Assembly (NCBI GenBank): GCA_963804165.1
Contig: CAWDPO010000002.1
Location: 96,001 to 160,000, forward strand
Length of the DNA stretch: 64,000 bases
Direction of reading: 5' to 3'
Source: an uncultured delta proteobacterium
GTDB taxonomy: Bacteria > Desulfobacterota > Binatia > UBA9968
Below are positions 1 to 9,936 of the stretch, piece after piece. The translations under genes were made by a program, and so were the position numbers. The notes under the pieces are model-generated. The model was not told the origin of the DNA. It made no database searches and worked only from the letters and a program-made list of their open reading frames with translations. Positions within the stretch are counted from its first letter, which is position 1; each line of letters begins with the position of its first letter.

Positions 1-577
1 TCGCCTGCACGAGCATTTCCTGATCGAACACGAAATTGTCGGAATTGAGCAGAAACGGCACTTCTTCCAATACGCGACGGCTAAAAGCTCGATAACCGGT
101 GTGGTATTCGGTAAGTTTGTTTCCCAGCACCCAGTTTTGTATTCCTGTTAGAAATCTATTGCCCATGAACTTCCACCACGGCATCCCTTGCTCGACCACA
201 TTTCCCTGCATAAGGCGTGATCCCAAAACAACGTCCGCCTCCCCCGCTTTCAGAGGCGCGACCAAGTTAGGCAGCAAAGTCGGATCATATTGATAGTCGG
301 GGTGCAACATGACGACGATGTCCGCGCCGGCCTTGAGCGCTTCGGTGTAGCAAGTTTTTTGATTGCCGCCATAGCCGTAGTTGCGCGCGTGGACAAAGAC
401 TTCTAACTGTAGCTCCCTGGCGATCTGCAGCGTCTCGTCGCCACTGGCGTCATCGACGAGAATCATCTGATCGACATCTGCTTTGGGGATCGCATCGTAG
501 GTCAGACGCAGGGTCTTGGCGGCATTGTATGCCGGCATGACAACGACGACTTTTGGTTTTTCAACGACTTCGATCAT
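1..577 (-). CDS. Glycosyltransferase family 2 (polyprenol-phosphate sugar synthase-like), runs off the window edge
   Basis: Read manually: MIEVVEKPKVVVVMPAYNAAKTL...ILVDDASGD...NYGYGGNQKTCY...DIVVMLHPDYQYDP; absent from the ORF track because it is truncated. Confidence 0.85.
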   Translation of the reverse strand, partial: MIEVVEKPKVVVVMPAYNAAKTLRLTYDAIPKADVDQMILVDDASGDETLQIARELQLEVFVHARNYGYGGNQKTCYTEALKAGADIVVMLHPDYQYDPTLLPNLVAPLKAGEADVVLGSRLMQGNVVEQGMPWWKFMGNRFLTGIQNWVLGNKLTEYHTGYRAFSRRVLEEVPFLLNSDNFVFDQEMLVQA

Positions 578-586
578 GACCCACTC

Positions 587-2120
587 TTACAGCACCTTGA
601 ATAGCAGCATCTTGTTATCTCGCGTTCCGATGAACGTTTTCTCTAGAGCTAAACCGTACCGTTCAGGTCGTTTCGTAATCTCGGGGTAGGCTCTCTCAAG
701 CGTTCTCGATTCTATGGCGAGATAATCCGCCGTCTGCTTTCGCAATTCGCTGCTCAACTCGGGTTGTTTGATTTGAGTAAGTGAAATGGTCCGGGCCGCC
801 GCGTAGAAAGTGACTCTCTCGTCGAATACCGCGACTTTTAGAGCGCCCGCGTTGTTTTGCGGTTTCAGATACCATCCCGTTTCGCGAACGTAAGCCTTTT
901 CACGGGACACCGGCCTCAACGTCTTTGGCAGGGTCGCAACGAGAAAGATAACAATTATGATTGCTGCCACACGCACACACTTCTCGGTGGAAAACGTCAC
1001 CCGCAATTTGTCCCAGGCATACATCATGCCTAGTGCCACCCATCCCAGTGAGATCGGCACGGCTTGCAAGGCATATCGTCGCTTTACATAAATGAGCGCA
1101 AATCCGAAGACGTAGAATAGCACAAAAACAATAAGTAACAGCTCCGGTTTTGTCCAAAGCTTGTTCCGGTAACCGACGAAAATGCCAACCAACAGGAACG
1201 GCACGTAGGAATAGTACAGGGCCGCGAAAAACACGCCCGCGGCGGGAATCATGTCCGAGGCCACCTGACTTAAATAGTGAATGGGATGACGGCGAATGTA
1301 ATCGTTAAACACAAACGAGCGAAGGCCGGCGTCTTGCTGGAGATCTCCCGCTTCGAACGCTCCTGACTCTTTCAAGTTAATCGCGAGAGTGATCCCCGCC
1401 TTGCGGCTGATGGCTCCGAAGCGCCCCGTCTCTTTGCTCAAGTAGGTGATATAAGGGAGCGAGAACAACAGGAAGCCCATACCCAGCAGTGCCAAAGAGG
1501 GCACCCATTGCGCGAAACTAGTTCGTCCGCGCAAAAACCAGCGGAACAACGAAAATACCGGAATGATCAACAAGAAACCGATTGCTTCGGGGCGCACCAA
1601 ATAGGCGTAACCAGCAACCACACCACCCCAAAATAAGCGCGCTTTGCGCCCTTGTTCAATGCCGGTAAGAAAGAGATAGAGAGCGACCGTGGAAAAGAAA
1701 ATATAGGTGTTTTCACTGCGCACGTGGACAGAATAGAGAGCCAGAAAAGGGCTGATAGCGGCAAGAAAACAAGCTAGGATCGAAATTTTCTTACCGAATA
1801 CATCGGTGAATATCCCATACAACGGAAGCAGTAACAAAACACCCAGAAGCAAAGACAAACCTTGCCCAGCCAACTCCCAGTCACCGAACAACGGATAAAT
1901 CGGGGGCAACGAGCAACGGATACCCAGGTGGATAAACCGAGGACATAGCGGCATTGAGGTCACCCCGGTAAAAGTCTTGCGCGGCTCGCAGGTAAACGAC
2001 TCCGTCCGAGCAGATGCAGTAATATTGCCACAACAGGTAGAGCCGAATGCCCGCGGCTACAGTTAAAGACGCTAAAAACCAATGTTTGGCATGACGCGGC
2101 ACAAAACGTGAGTTAACCAT
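587..2120 (-). CDS. Multi-pass membrane GT-C glycosyltransferase (ArnT/PMT_2-like), one frameshift near 1910
   Basis: ORFs 1881..2120 (SDGVVYL..A, YPPGYP) and 587..1963 (many TM segments, LVRPEA, RRYAL) join into one GT-C-like protein. Confidence 0.75.
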
Positions 2121-3033
2121 GACTTTCCGTTTTCAGAACGGATCGGCCGCGCAGCCGCCGCGCTCTCATCGACTCTAAACGCTTCGACTCTCTAAGCACA
2201 TTTTTAATCAGCTGGCGCCGCGCTTTTCGTCGCTCGAATGCCGTCCCCAGGTAGCATTTTAAAAACATCAATTTATCGGTCTGCCCTAGCTGTCGTCCCA
2301 GAGTTCGGTGTAGTTGGACGAGATTTTTGATCCGGCGTTTTTCACTTAATGGCATATAGCGTCTTACGCCCTCAAGGTCGAGTAGAACAAAACTGACGGG
2401 GTCTTCGGATGCGTCACTGGTCGCCAGAATATTCGCATCCTTAAGATCATTATGGTAAATACCTTGACCGTGAAGATTAAGAAATAGTTGTGCCAAACGC
2501 CTCAAGAAACCACGCCTTCGCGCAAATCCGTCGCGACCGCGTCGGTTCGCGAGCTCATCACGCCAATAAGCATTGATGGTCTTGCCGTTGACAATCTCTT
2601 CAGTAATGAAGAAGCTTTTAGTGATCGTGCCCCGCACGCGGGTTTCAACCGCTGCGATGGGTACCACAGTGGGAATATTTGCGGACTGAAGAATCGCTGC
2701 GCCCCGCAACGCGCGGAACGCGCCGGAACGCATAAACGGCGACGCAAGTTTATAACGCAAGGAAAACGCATTGTACCGCTTGATATAAACTGCATGCGGC
2801 ACTCCCGCAACATCCACGATCAAGCGCCCAACTTTGATCTTTTTTTCATCTTTTATAATTTCACACGGCGGACTGTTAAGAAGCTGATCCGCATCCGACA
2901 ATTGTTCAATAAAAGAGCGATCGGCAAGTCGCTCAGCGATCCAAATCGATGCACCTCTTCGCCTACGATGAATGAATTCAGGAAACACGGGGCAATGACG
3001 GCGTTCGGCAAGCTTCGCGCAAAACCGATTCAA
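2113..3033 (-). CDS. Lipopolysaccharide kinase, Kdo/WaaP family
   Basis: VYIKRY, IYHNDLKDANIL and LLDLEG kinase motifs; LPS core context. Confidence 0.8.
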   Translation of the reverse strand: MNRFCAKLAERRHCPVFPEFIHRRRRGASIWIAERLADRSFIEQLSDADQLLNSPPCEIIKDEKKIKVGRLIVDVAGVPHAVYIKRYNAFSLRYKLASPFMRSGAFRALRGAAILQSANIPTVVPIAAVETRVRGTITKSFFITEEIVNGKTINAYWRDELANRRGRDGFARRRGFLRRLAQLFLNLHGQGIYHNDLKDANILATSDASEDPVSFVLLDLEGVRRYMPLSEKRRIKNLVQLHRTLGRQLGQTDKLMFLKCYLGTAFERRKARRQLIKNVLRESKRLESMRARRLRGRSVLKTESHG

Positions 3034-4132
3034 GCTTTTGAAAATGATTGTCCCACGAGTATTCTTCGGCTAACCGGCGAGCCTCATTCGTCAACGCAGC
3101 GTCTTTCGATCTATTCACTAACGAAATGATTTTGCCTTCCAAATTCTTTGGTTCGTTGCACCTATCGACAATCCCTTCGACCAAAGTTCCCGTGAGGATT
3201 TCTGAAGCGCCGACATCGCGGCTGACAAGGACGGGCAAGCCGGTGGCGAGGCCTTCGAGAATCACATTACCGAACCCCTCCTGGAGCGAAAGCAAGATAA
3301 CGAGATCGGCGGCCGCAAAGTAATTCTCGATGTCCTGCTGGCGCCCGGTAAATACAATTCTACCCGGAGCCACTGATTCGCCCCATGCTTGATAACGAGC
3401 AATTTTGGCATCCGCACCGACAACCAATAGATAAACCTCCGCGAGTTTTTTGGAGTCCCAAAGGGAAATCACCCGGTCCAAGCCCTTGCGGCGAAACCCG
3501 CTCCCGGCAAAGAGCACGAGGGGCGCCTCCGGCGGAATCTTCCAGCGAACGCGAATCGACCGGCGAAATTCGTCCCGTCGGGCCGGATGAAACAAATGAT
3601 CGTCCACGCCGTTGTAAAGAACACTTATTTTTTCGCTCGCAACGCCGTAGTTCGACATGATGTCTCTCTTTACGAACTGCGACACGGCAATAATCTTCTT
3701 TAGCCGATGCGCATCAAACTGTCGTTTCTCTACCGCAAGCAGGCTCCGGTGGTAGCCGCTGATCGATTGCCAAAGACATCGCGCCGGGCCGCCTTCGGCC
3801 CCCATCCGAAGCAAAAACCCGCGATGCGTGGCGGCGCCGCAGCGTAGAATATCCGCCGCAAACAGCCGGCCGAAATTGACCACGACATCGCAGCAACTGT
3901 CGCGAATCGGTTTCTGCGCAGCCAGAGCAAAGCTCCACAATTCCGCCGTCCGACCCATTGGTACCACGGGCACCCTATGCGCGAGTGCGCCGCGCGGCAC
4001 CGCTACGCTATATTCATTGCAAAATAGATGCACCTCATGCCCGAGATCTCGCAGTCCTTCGGCGGTCTTGAAAAGATCCCTTTCAGTTCCCCCTCTTAAA
4101 TCGAGGCGTTTATGAACCAGCGCGATTTTCAC
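2978..4132 (-). CDS. Glycosyltransferase family 4 (WaaG/RfaG-like LPS core glycosyltransferase)
   Basis: VKIALVH...GGTER start (GTG 4132), RKGLD and EGFGNVILEGLATGLPV GT4 motifs. Confidence 0.85.
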   Translation of the reverse strand: MKIALVHKRLDLRGGTERDLFKTAEGLRDLGHEVHLFCNEYSVAVPRGALAHRVPVVPMGRTAELWSFALAAQKPIRDSCCDVVVNFGRLFAADILRCGAATHRGFLLRMGAEGGPARCLWQSISGYHRSLLAVEKRQFDAHRLKKIIAVSQFVKRDIMSNYGVASEKISVLYNGVDDHLFHPARRDEFRRSIRVRWKIPPEAPLVLFAGSGFRRKGLDRVISLWDSKKLAEVYLLVVGADAKIARYQAWGESVAPGRIVFTGRQQDIENYFAAADLVILLSLQEGFGNVILEGLATGLPVLVSRDVGASEILTGTLVEGIVDRCNEPKNLEGKIISLVNRSKDAALTNEARRLAEEYSWDNHFQKLESVLREACRTPSLPRVS

Positions 4133-4937
4133 CGGCTGCAAGCGTCTTCCGGGCGACTCCGACGATATTATCCGATAACAGCAGAGCGGGATTGAAACAA
4201 AACGAGAGAATCTGCCAATTGTAACGTCGCTGCACCGGATCTTTTTCGGCACGAATTACTGCGATGAGACTGCAAACCCACATGAGGGGCCACAAGAGCA
4301 TCGCGGAAATTCGCGAGGCCATTTTGACCCGCGTCCTCTTCGATTCCTTGATCTCAAAACCGTAATGAAACAACAAATAATACAGCTCGTAAAAGTGCAG
4401 CAAGTAAATATTCGGCGCTTGGCCTGGCGTACTCGTGTAATGCGCCGGCCTAACCCGTCCGCGCAAGAATCCGGTAAACAAGAATCGTAGGCGAGAAAAC
4501 ACATTGAGGATGTTCGGCGTACTGATCAATAGCGCCCCGCCGGGTCGAAGAACCCGCGCGATCTCCCGGATCAGCTGTGGTTGATTTTCGATATGTTCGA
4601 TCACCTCGACAAGGTCCACCGCGTCAAAGCTTTCAGCGCGAAAAGGCAAGTAACGGTTGAGATCGACCCCGGCGACTCGCTCGATACCTCGCGGCATCAG
4701 CAGTGGGGCGCAATAGTCTGTGGCGACGACGGAATAACCGAGCTTAGCCAATAACTGCGCGGTATCACCATCGCCGCAACTTAAGTCCAGCATCTTCCTG
4801 CCACTACGGGCATTGTCGGACCACGCTGTCGCGACCGAAGTCAATATCGTCGAATTTGCCATCCGGGGTAGACGAACCTCAGTGAAACCGTTTCCGTGTT
4901 TATCGGTCACGATTCGCGGGAAATGTCCGAATTCCAT
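4110..4937 (-). CDS. Class I SAM-dependent methyltransferase
   Basis: LDLSCGDG, EVIEHIEN and RVLRPGGALLISTPN motifs; true start probably ATG 4862. Confidence 0.8.
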   Translation of the reverse strand: MEFGHFPRIVTDKHGNGFTEVRLPRMANSTILTSVATAWSDNARSGRKMLDLSCGDGDTAQLLAKLGYSVVATDYCAPLLMPRGIERVAGVDLNRYLPFRAESFDAVDLVEVIEHIENQPQLIREIARVLRPGGALLISTPNILNVFSRLRFLFTGFLRGRVRPAHYTSTPGQAPNIYLLHFYELYYLLFHYGFEIKESKRTRVKMASRISAMLLWPLMWVCSLIAVIRAEKDPVQRRYNWQILSFCFNPALLLSDNIVGVARKTLAAGENRAGS

Positions 4938-5803
4938 TGCAGCAGTTTTCTGAAACTCACGGTTGGGTCAACACCGTCGCACTCATGGCGGCGTTTGCGT
5001 GTTTGATTTTCGATCCAACGCGCGAATTGACGATCGGAGCCCGACAGCCGTTCTCGACCCAAATAGGCACATAAAAACCGCACTCGATCGTGCAAAGTGA
5101 TACAGGGCAGTGGCATGCGATTAAGTTGAATCAGATTACGCTTCCATAAAAATCGCGGGAACCAGCGCGGATATCGACGGGTGCGATCGTTATCCATGAA
5201 ATACACTGTGAGTCCCCCGGGGGCGGCACTCGAGATAAATAGATTCGATGCCACCAGATCGCCATGGACGAAGCCGAGTCGGTGAAATTGCCGAAGCAGC
5301 TGCGCTATTGTGGTCACGCCGTTTTTTTTTATCGTCATTAATCCTTTACGGTCACCGTCGTTTGCCGACTGTGCCAAGAATAACGGCAACGAATATCCGT
5401 CCACTTTCGCGGTTAAAATAAACCCCCGTTGGACAAATCGAAATGAACGCAGTTCGCCGGCTGCGATCGTTTGCGGAACCTTGAACCCTGCGGCTGATAA
5501 AGCCAACCCTTGACGCCAGAAGCGAAACGGCTTCGACGAGCGAAAGAAGTCCTTAACGGCGCTACTTGCCGGTATGGAATGAAAGACTTTAAGGTAATAT
5601 TGATTTTTGCTTCCAGGCGTCGGCCAGTCGACTGCGAGAGTCTGAGGGTGCTTCGAGGGCGCTTGCTCGTTGACCAGACCCAGCACCCTCGTTTGTAATT
5701 CTCTACTCCATGCCTCCGGCAGGACAACCAGACGCCAGTCGCCGTCGCTGAGCGATTGATAATCAGCAGCGCGGTGCACCGTGAACCTGCTGCGTGCCAA
5801 CAC
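4907..5803 (-). CDS. Lipopolysaccharide kinase, Kdo/WaaP/InaA family
   Basis: YYLKVF, FVHGDLVASNLF and FMDNDR motifs. Confidence 0.75.
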   Translation of the reverse strand: MLARSRFTVHRAADYQSLSDGDWRLVVLPEAWSRELQTRVLGLVNEQAPSKHPQTLAVDWPTPGSKNQYYLKVFHSIPASSAVKDFFRSSKPFRFWRQGLALSAAGFKVPQTIAAGELRSFRFVQRGFILTAKVDGYSLPLFLAQSANDGDRKGLMTIKKNGVTTIAQLLRQFHRLGFVHGDLVASNLFISSAAPGGLTVYFMDNDRTRRYPRWFPRFLWKRNLIQLNRMPLPCITLHDRVRFLCAYLGRERLSGSDRQFARWIENQTRKRRHECDGVDPTVSFRKLLQWNSDISRES

Positions 5804-6827
5804 TGCCGATCGCGAGGTCGATTTTATCAGCGATTTGTTCGGCTGAAATGGACTTCATACAAATACGCCCGATACTGCATCGTCTGCGATTACACGGCAC
5901 GCAGGGCGCATGTCCCTGGATCACCAAATTGCCAAAGCCGTACGGGCCCGTGCGTTGAGGGCTCGTCGCTCCCCAGAGCGAAATCACCGGAGTTCGCACG
6001 GCCGCGGCGATGTGCATTAGCCCGGTGTCCGGACCGACGGCCAGTTGAGCGTTATCGATTATCCCAATCGCTTCGCGAAGCGATGTGCGTCCTACCAGGT
6101 TGGTGACAACGACGCGTGCGTCGGCCGCCGCCTCCAGCGCTAACGCTTGATCTTCCTTGCCGCCGAGCAGAACGACATCGAGACGATAGTCGTCATGAAG
6201 CATTTCGGCGCATCGAGCCATTTGGACGGCAAACCATTTTTTACTATCCCAACGGGCGCCGACAAACACAGCGGCGAACGGCGGACGAACTCCGGAGAGA
6301 TGATGCTCGACGGAACTCCACTCGGCACCGGTGAGATGAAAATCCCATTCCAGCGGCGCGCGCGGTACGCCCAGATAGTCGGCAAATCGGAGATAATGTT
6401 CGAGCTTCGAAAACGTTTCACCATACGTGTCGATATGCAGGTTGTTATAAAGCCAATTCAATTCCTTGCTGTCGTGGCGGCCAAAACCTATACGCTGACC
6501 CGCACCGGACCACCAGCTGATAAAACCGCTCTTAAAATGCCGCTGCAGGTCGAGCACCAGATCAAATCGCTCGGCTCGAATTTGCGCGAGAAACCGTCCA
6601 AAGCTCTTCCACCATTGAGAGCGGTCGAAGACGATAATTTCATCGATGGCGGGATTCTCCTGAAGTAAAGGCAACGACGCCGGTTCGACTGACCACGCCA
6701 GAAAGGCGCGGGGAAATCCTTGACGCAACGAATCGGCCAGGGGCAAAGCCCGAGTCACATCCCCAATCGAGCCGTGCAGGATGATCAAAATCTTTTTGGG
6801 ATTAAACTTGGGCGTATTAGGTTGCAC
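5763..6827 (-). CDS. Glycosyltransferase family 9 (ADP-heptose:LPS heptosyltransferase, WaaC-like)
   Basis: SIGDV, DLVLDLQ and DTGLMHIAAA GT9 motifs. Confidence 0.85.
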   Translation of the reverse strand: MQPNTPKFNPKKILIILHGSIGDVTRALPLADSLRQGFPRAFLAWSVEPASLPLLQENPAIDEIIVFDRSQWWKSFGRFLAQIRAERFDLVLDLQRHFKSGFISWWSGAGQRIGFGRHDSKELNWLYNNLHIDTYGETFSKLEHYLRFADYLGVPRAPLEWDFHLTGAEWSSVEHHLSGVRPPFAAVFVGARWDSKKWFAVQMARCAEMLHDDYRLDVVLLGGKEDQALALEAAADARVVVTNLVGRTSLREAIGIIDNAQLAVGPDTGLMHIAAAVRTPVISLWGATSPQRTGPYGFGNLVIQGHAPCVPCNRRRCSIGRICMKSISAEQIADKIDLAIGSVGTQQVHGAPRC

Positions 6828-7647
6828 GGTAAAAGCTGAGAAACTCGCGCCAAGCCGACGGCGAAAATAACTTTAGTTCCGGATCGAGCCGACGGACGGA
6901 TCGCCATAGACGGGCGAGATTTTTGTTGGCCATGACCTCAGACAACTGGCCCAAGAAAAGCTTGGCCTTGTCATAGTCGATGATGTAGCATGCCACGCCG
7001 TGATCTTCGACGCGCAAAAGTATATTTTTCAGATTGAGATCGGCGTGATAAACCCCCTGACGGTGCATCAAACGAATGCTCTCGGCGGCCGCCTGCAGCG
7101 CGGCGTCCAGGCCCACGCGTTCGGTCATACCGCTCTGCAAGGCCGACCAAAGATCCTCCGCACCGGCCAATTGCTTCGTCACCAGCCACCCGCGGTAAAA
7201 AGGTCCGACCGAACGGCTCATATAGGCCGCGTATACTTCCACCGTCCGTAAGCCACGCCGGCGCAATTCCTCGGTGATCGCAAGTTCGCGAAAAGGCCGC
7301 GGCGGCCAGGTAAAAAACATTTCGCCCGTAATGCCGCGAAAAAAACCGCCGTGGCGGTACAGTCGAACAAGCGCGGTCTCTCCCGGCGGCAACTGAACCG
7401 CCTTCAAGACCCCGCGTCCCTGGTAGCGGCCCGCTTCTGTGATCGACGCGTGCTCGTTCGGGGATGTGAAAAATTCAATATGCGCGACCTGATCCTGACG
7501 GACAACCAGCCGACGGCCCTGCAAATCGACTATTCTTTTAAAGCCATCCGGAGTCGCCCCCCACCCTAGATTTTCGATCCATGCGCCGCGACTGACGGTT
7601 GCGCGCATTGGCCGAACGACCTCTTGCTGTTCGAGCTGGCGTTTCAA
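6817..7647 (-). CDS. Kdo kinase-like LPS kinase (KdkA family)
   Basis: GRG, VRLYRHGG, RPFREL, YHADLNLKNIL and IIDYDK match the KdkA motif order. Confidence 0.75.
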   Translation of the reverse strand: MKRQLEQQEVVRPMRATVSRGAWIENLGWGATPDGFKRIVDLQGRRLVVRQDQVAHIEFFTSPNEHASITEAGRYQGRGVLKAVQLPPGETALVRLYRHGGFFRGITGEMFFTWPPRPFRELAITEELRRRGLRTVEVYAAYMSRSVGPFYRGWLVTKQLAGAEDLWSALQSGMTERVGLDAALQAAAESIRLMHRQGVYHADLNLKNILLRVEDHGVACYIIDYDKAKLFLGQLSEVMANKNLARLWRSVRRLDPELKLFSPSAWREFLSFYRAT

Positions 7648-8744
7648 ATCGTCACGACGACGGGCTCAAACGACCGGCGCCCCGGTGGAACACCGGGTTT
7701 TCCGGCGCCCATAAGTTTGCGCACGCATTCGAGGACGTTTTGCGCGCCAATTTGCCGGATACAGTCCTCTCCGCCCAACGGACAACGGCGCCCGCCGTGA
7801 GACGCGCACGGTCGGCAAGAAATATCTCGCCCGATGACGATCGCGTCCTTCGTATAGGGGAAAAACCCGAGCTCGGGGGTGGTGGCGCAAAAAATCGCCA
7901 CGGTGGGCACCCGCCGCGCCACCGCGATATGCATGGGAGCGCTATCGTTGGTGATAAACATCCCGCACCGGCTTATCGCCGCCGCCAACTCGTGCAGGCT
8001 GATCTGATCGATGAGATTGATCGCCGCGCCGCCTGAGCGTCTTTGCACATCCTCGACGACAGGCGCGTCCTCAGGGCCGCCGAAAAGCAAAACCTGGCAG
8101 GCGAATTCCTTCCTTAAGAGCAGGATCAATTCGGCGAATCCCGCCGCCGACCAACGCTTGGTCGGCCATACGGAGCCGGGGTTAATGCCCACAACTTTGT
8201 CGTTTTCCCTGACACCGAGCACCGTTAGCTTTTGATTCACGGCCTGCTGAACTGCCGCGTCCACGGGTAAATCGAGCACGCGATGGCATTCTTCAACGGG
8301 CACGTCGAAGGCCTGCAAGATCGAAAGATTTCGCTCAACGTCATGGCGCCGCTCATCGCGCTCAACGCGGCGGTTAAATAGAAACCAGCCACGACTCTGG
8401 CGGAAACCAACCCGGCACGGTATCTCGGCGAGGTAGAGCAGCAACGCGCTCCGAAGAGATTTGTGCGGCGTCAGCGCAAGGGTAAAACCCTTTGCTCTGA
8501 GAACCGCCGCTTTCGCCCACAAACCTCGGAATCCGCGATCCGACAATTTTTTATCGTCGATGATGATTTCATCGATGGCCGGATGATCTTGCAAAAGCTC
8601 TCGGCTGGCTGGCTGACAGATTACGGTCAGTTTCTTTACGGGGAAGCAACGTCTGAGCTCGGCTATCAGCGGGACGGTCAATACGCTATCACCGAGAAAA
8701 CTCGTTTGCAGCACAAGGACATTATCCCAACTGGGCGCGGCCAT
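7644..8744 (-). CDS. waaF: LPS heptosyltransferase II (GT9)
   Basis: LQTSFLGD, PGSVWPTKRW, TNDSAPMHIA and CRPC motifs; own ATG at 8744 preceded by AGAGG. Confidence 0.8.
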   Translation of the reverse strand: MAAPSWDNVLVLQTSFLGDSVLTVPLIAELRRCFPVKKLTVICQPASRELLQDHPAIDEIIIDDKKLSDRGFRGLWAKAAVLRAKGFTLALTPHKSLRSALLLYLAEIPCRVGFRQSRGWFLFNRRVERDERRHDVERNLSILQAFDVPVEECHRVLDLPVDAAVQQAVNQKLTVLGVRENDKVVGINPGSVWPTKRWSAAGFAELILLLRKEFACQVLLFGGPEDAPVVEDVQRRSGGAAINLIDQISLHELAAAISRCGMFITNDSAPMHIAVARRVPTVAIFCATTPELGFFPYTKDAIVIGRDISCRPCASHGGRRCPLGGEDCIRQIGAQNVLECVRKLMGAGKPGVPPGRRSFEPVVVTI

Positions 8745-8918
8745 TAAACCTCTCAGACGGATCGCTTCATCTATCAGCATCACCGGAATGTCATCTTTGA
8801 TGGGGTACATCAGCCGGCAAGCGTCGCAGATCAAGCCGTCATTGGTCGGGTTTAAATGAATATCCCCTTTGCATTTCGGGCAAGCTAGAATGTCCAATAA
8901 TTCCCTGCTGATCGTCAT
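8745..8918 (-). CDS. Trm112/YcaR-like zinc-ribbon protein; reads in frame into waaF in this sequence
   Basis: LLDILACPKCKG...LICDACRLMYPIKDDIPVMLIDEA is the typical UPF0434/Trm112 signature. Confidence 0.85.
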
Positions 8919-8996
8919 GTGGGTATCTCCTCAGCGGATAGAAACATTCGAAATGGAAATCCGGCGCGGACGACACCGCATAGCCGGAAAAATTCG

Positions 8997-9857
8997 TCAG
9001 CGCTGAAACGGGGTCAGCGCGTCCCAGCCCCGGCGATAACCGCGCTGCGACTGGTCCGGGTCTCGGTTCACGAACGGCCGGTGATACATCGGATGCTTGA
9101 GGCTCCTTACCTCATGTTCCAACGTGAATTTGCGTATGTCGCCGTTGGGATCGACGATGTCCTTGAAACGAAATTGATGGTTGCGCACAGCCTCGGAAAT
9201 CAATCCGCGGCTGTTGAGGTAAGCATAGGGTGCGGAAAAGTTTGCAACGTAAATCGCGATATGATGGCCATCATAAGCCGCAAGAGCTTTGTCCGTCTCA
9301 CGGAATAACAGCGACTGATGACGCCCGATCTTGACGCGGCCGAACGGACCCTCGGAATCCGACTCTATCGTTACCGGGGCGCCAAGCGCTGCCCCGTAGA
9401 AACGCAAGATCCCTTCCATCGCCCCCACGGGCACCGAAAACTCCACGTAGGGAATTCCGAGTGTCATATCGCCAAATGCAGCCTGGCTGGCATAACATCG
9501 ATAACGGTTGCCCCACGGAGACGTAACGACGATCTTTTCCCCGCTTCTTGAGAATGAGAACTCGCTGCCCTTCAATCCTTCCGTGACGGATTTTAAGCGC
9601 GTCTCAAGCGCATCGAGATCCGGCACGACTATGCCAACGTGGCCCTCGATCATCTGCGGGTTTCGCGTCGGTAAATGAAACTGCTGCTCACCGACGTTGA
9701 CCCACATATTGTTGAGGCCCACGTTCAAATAGGGATCGCGCGTAAAGCCCAAACCTACCACATAGAAGAGCGACGCCCGCGATTGATCCGGAATCTGGAT
9801 ATTGACGTGCTCCAGACTAACGATATTGCCGATATCTTCTTCCGCATATTCGTTCAT
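8997..9857 (-). CDS. VOC/glyoxalase-like protein (two-domain)
   Basis: LEHVNI..PD...FY..GLG, QFHLP and GHHIAIY VOC-type motifs. Confidence 0.65.
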   Translation of the reverse strand: MNEYAEEDIGNIVSLEHVNIQIPDQSRASLFYVVGLGFTRDPYLNVGLNNMWVNVGEQQFHLPTRNPQMIEGHVGIVVPDLDALETRLKSVTEGLKGSEFSFSRSGEKIVVTSPWGNRYRCYASQAAFGDMTLGIPYVEFSVPVGAMEGILRFYGAALGAPVTIESDSEGPFGRVKIGRHQSLLFRETDKALAAYDGHHIAIYVANFSAPYAYLNSRGLISEAVRNHQFRFKDIVDPNGDIRKFTLEHEVRSLKHPMYHRPFVNRDPDQSQRGYRRGWDALTPFQR

Positions 9858-9936
9858 TGGTCACCTCGAGATTAGCGATTTCCAACCCGATCTCCTGGAT
9901 TTATTCCACCCGAATCTTGTCCTTGTGATATCTCGC

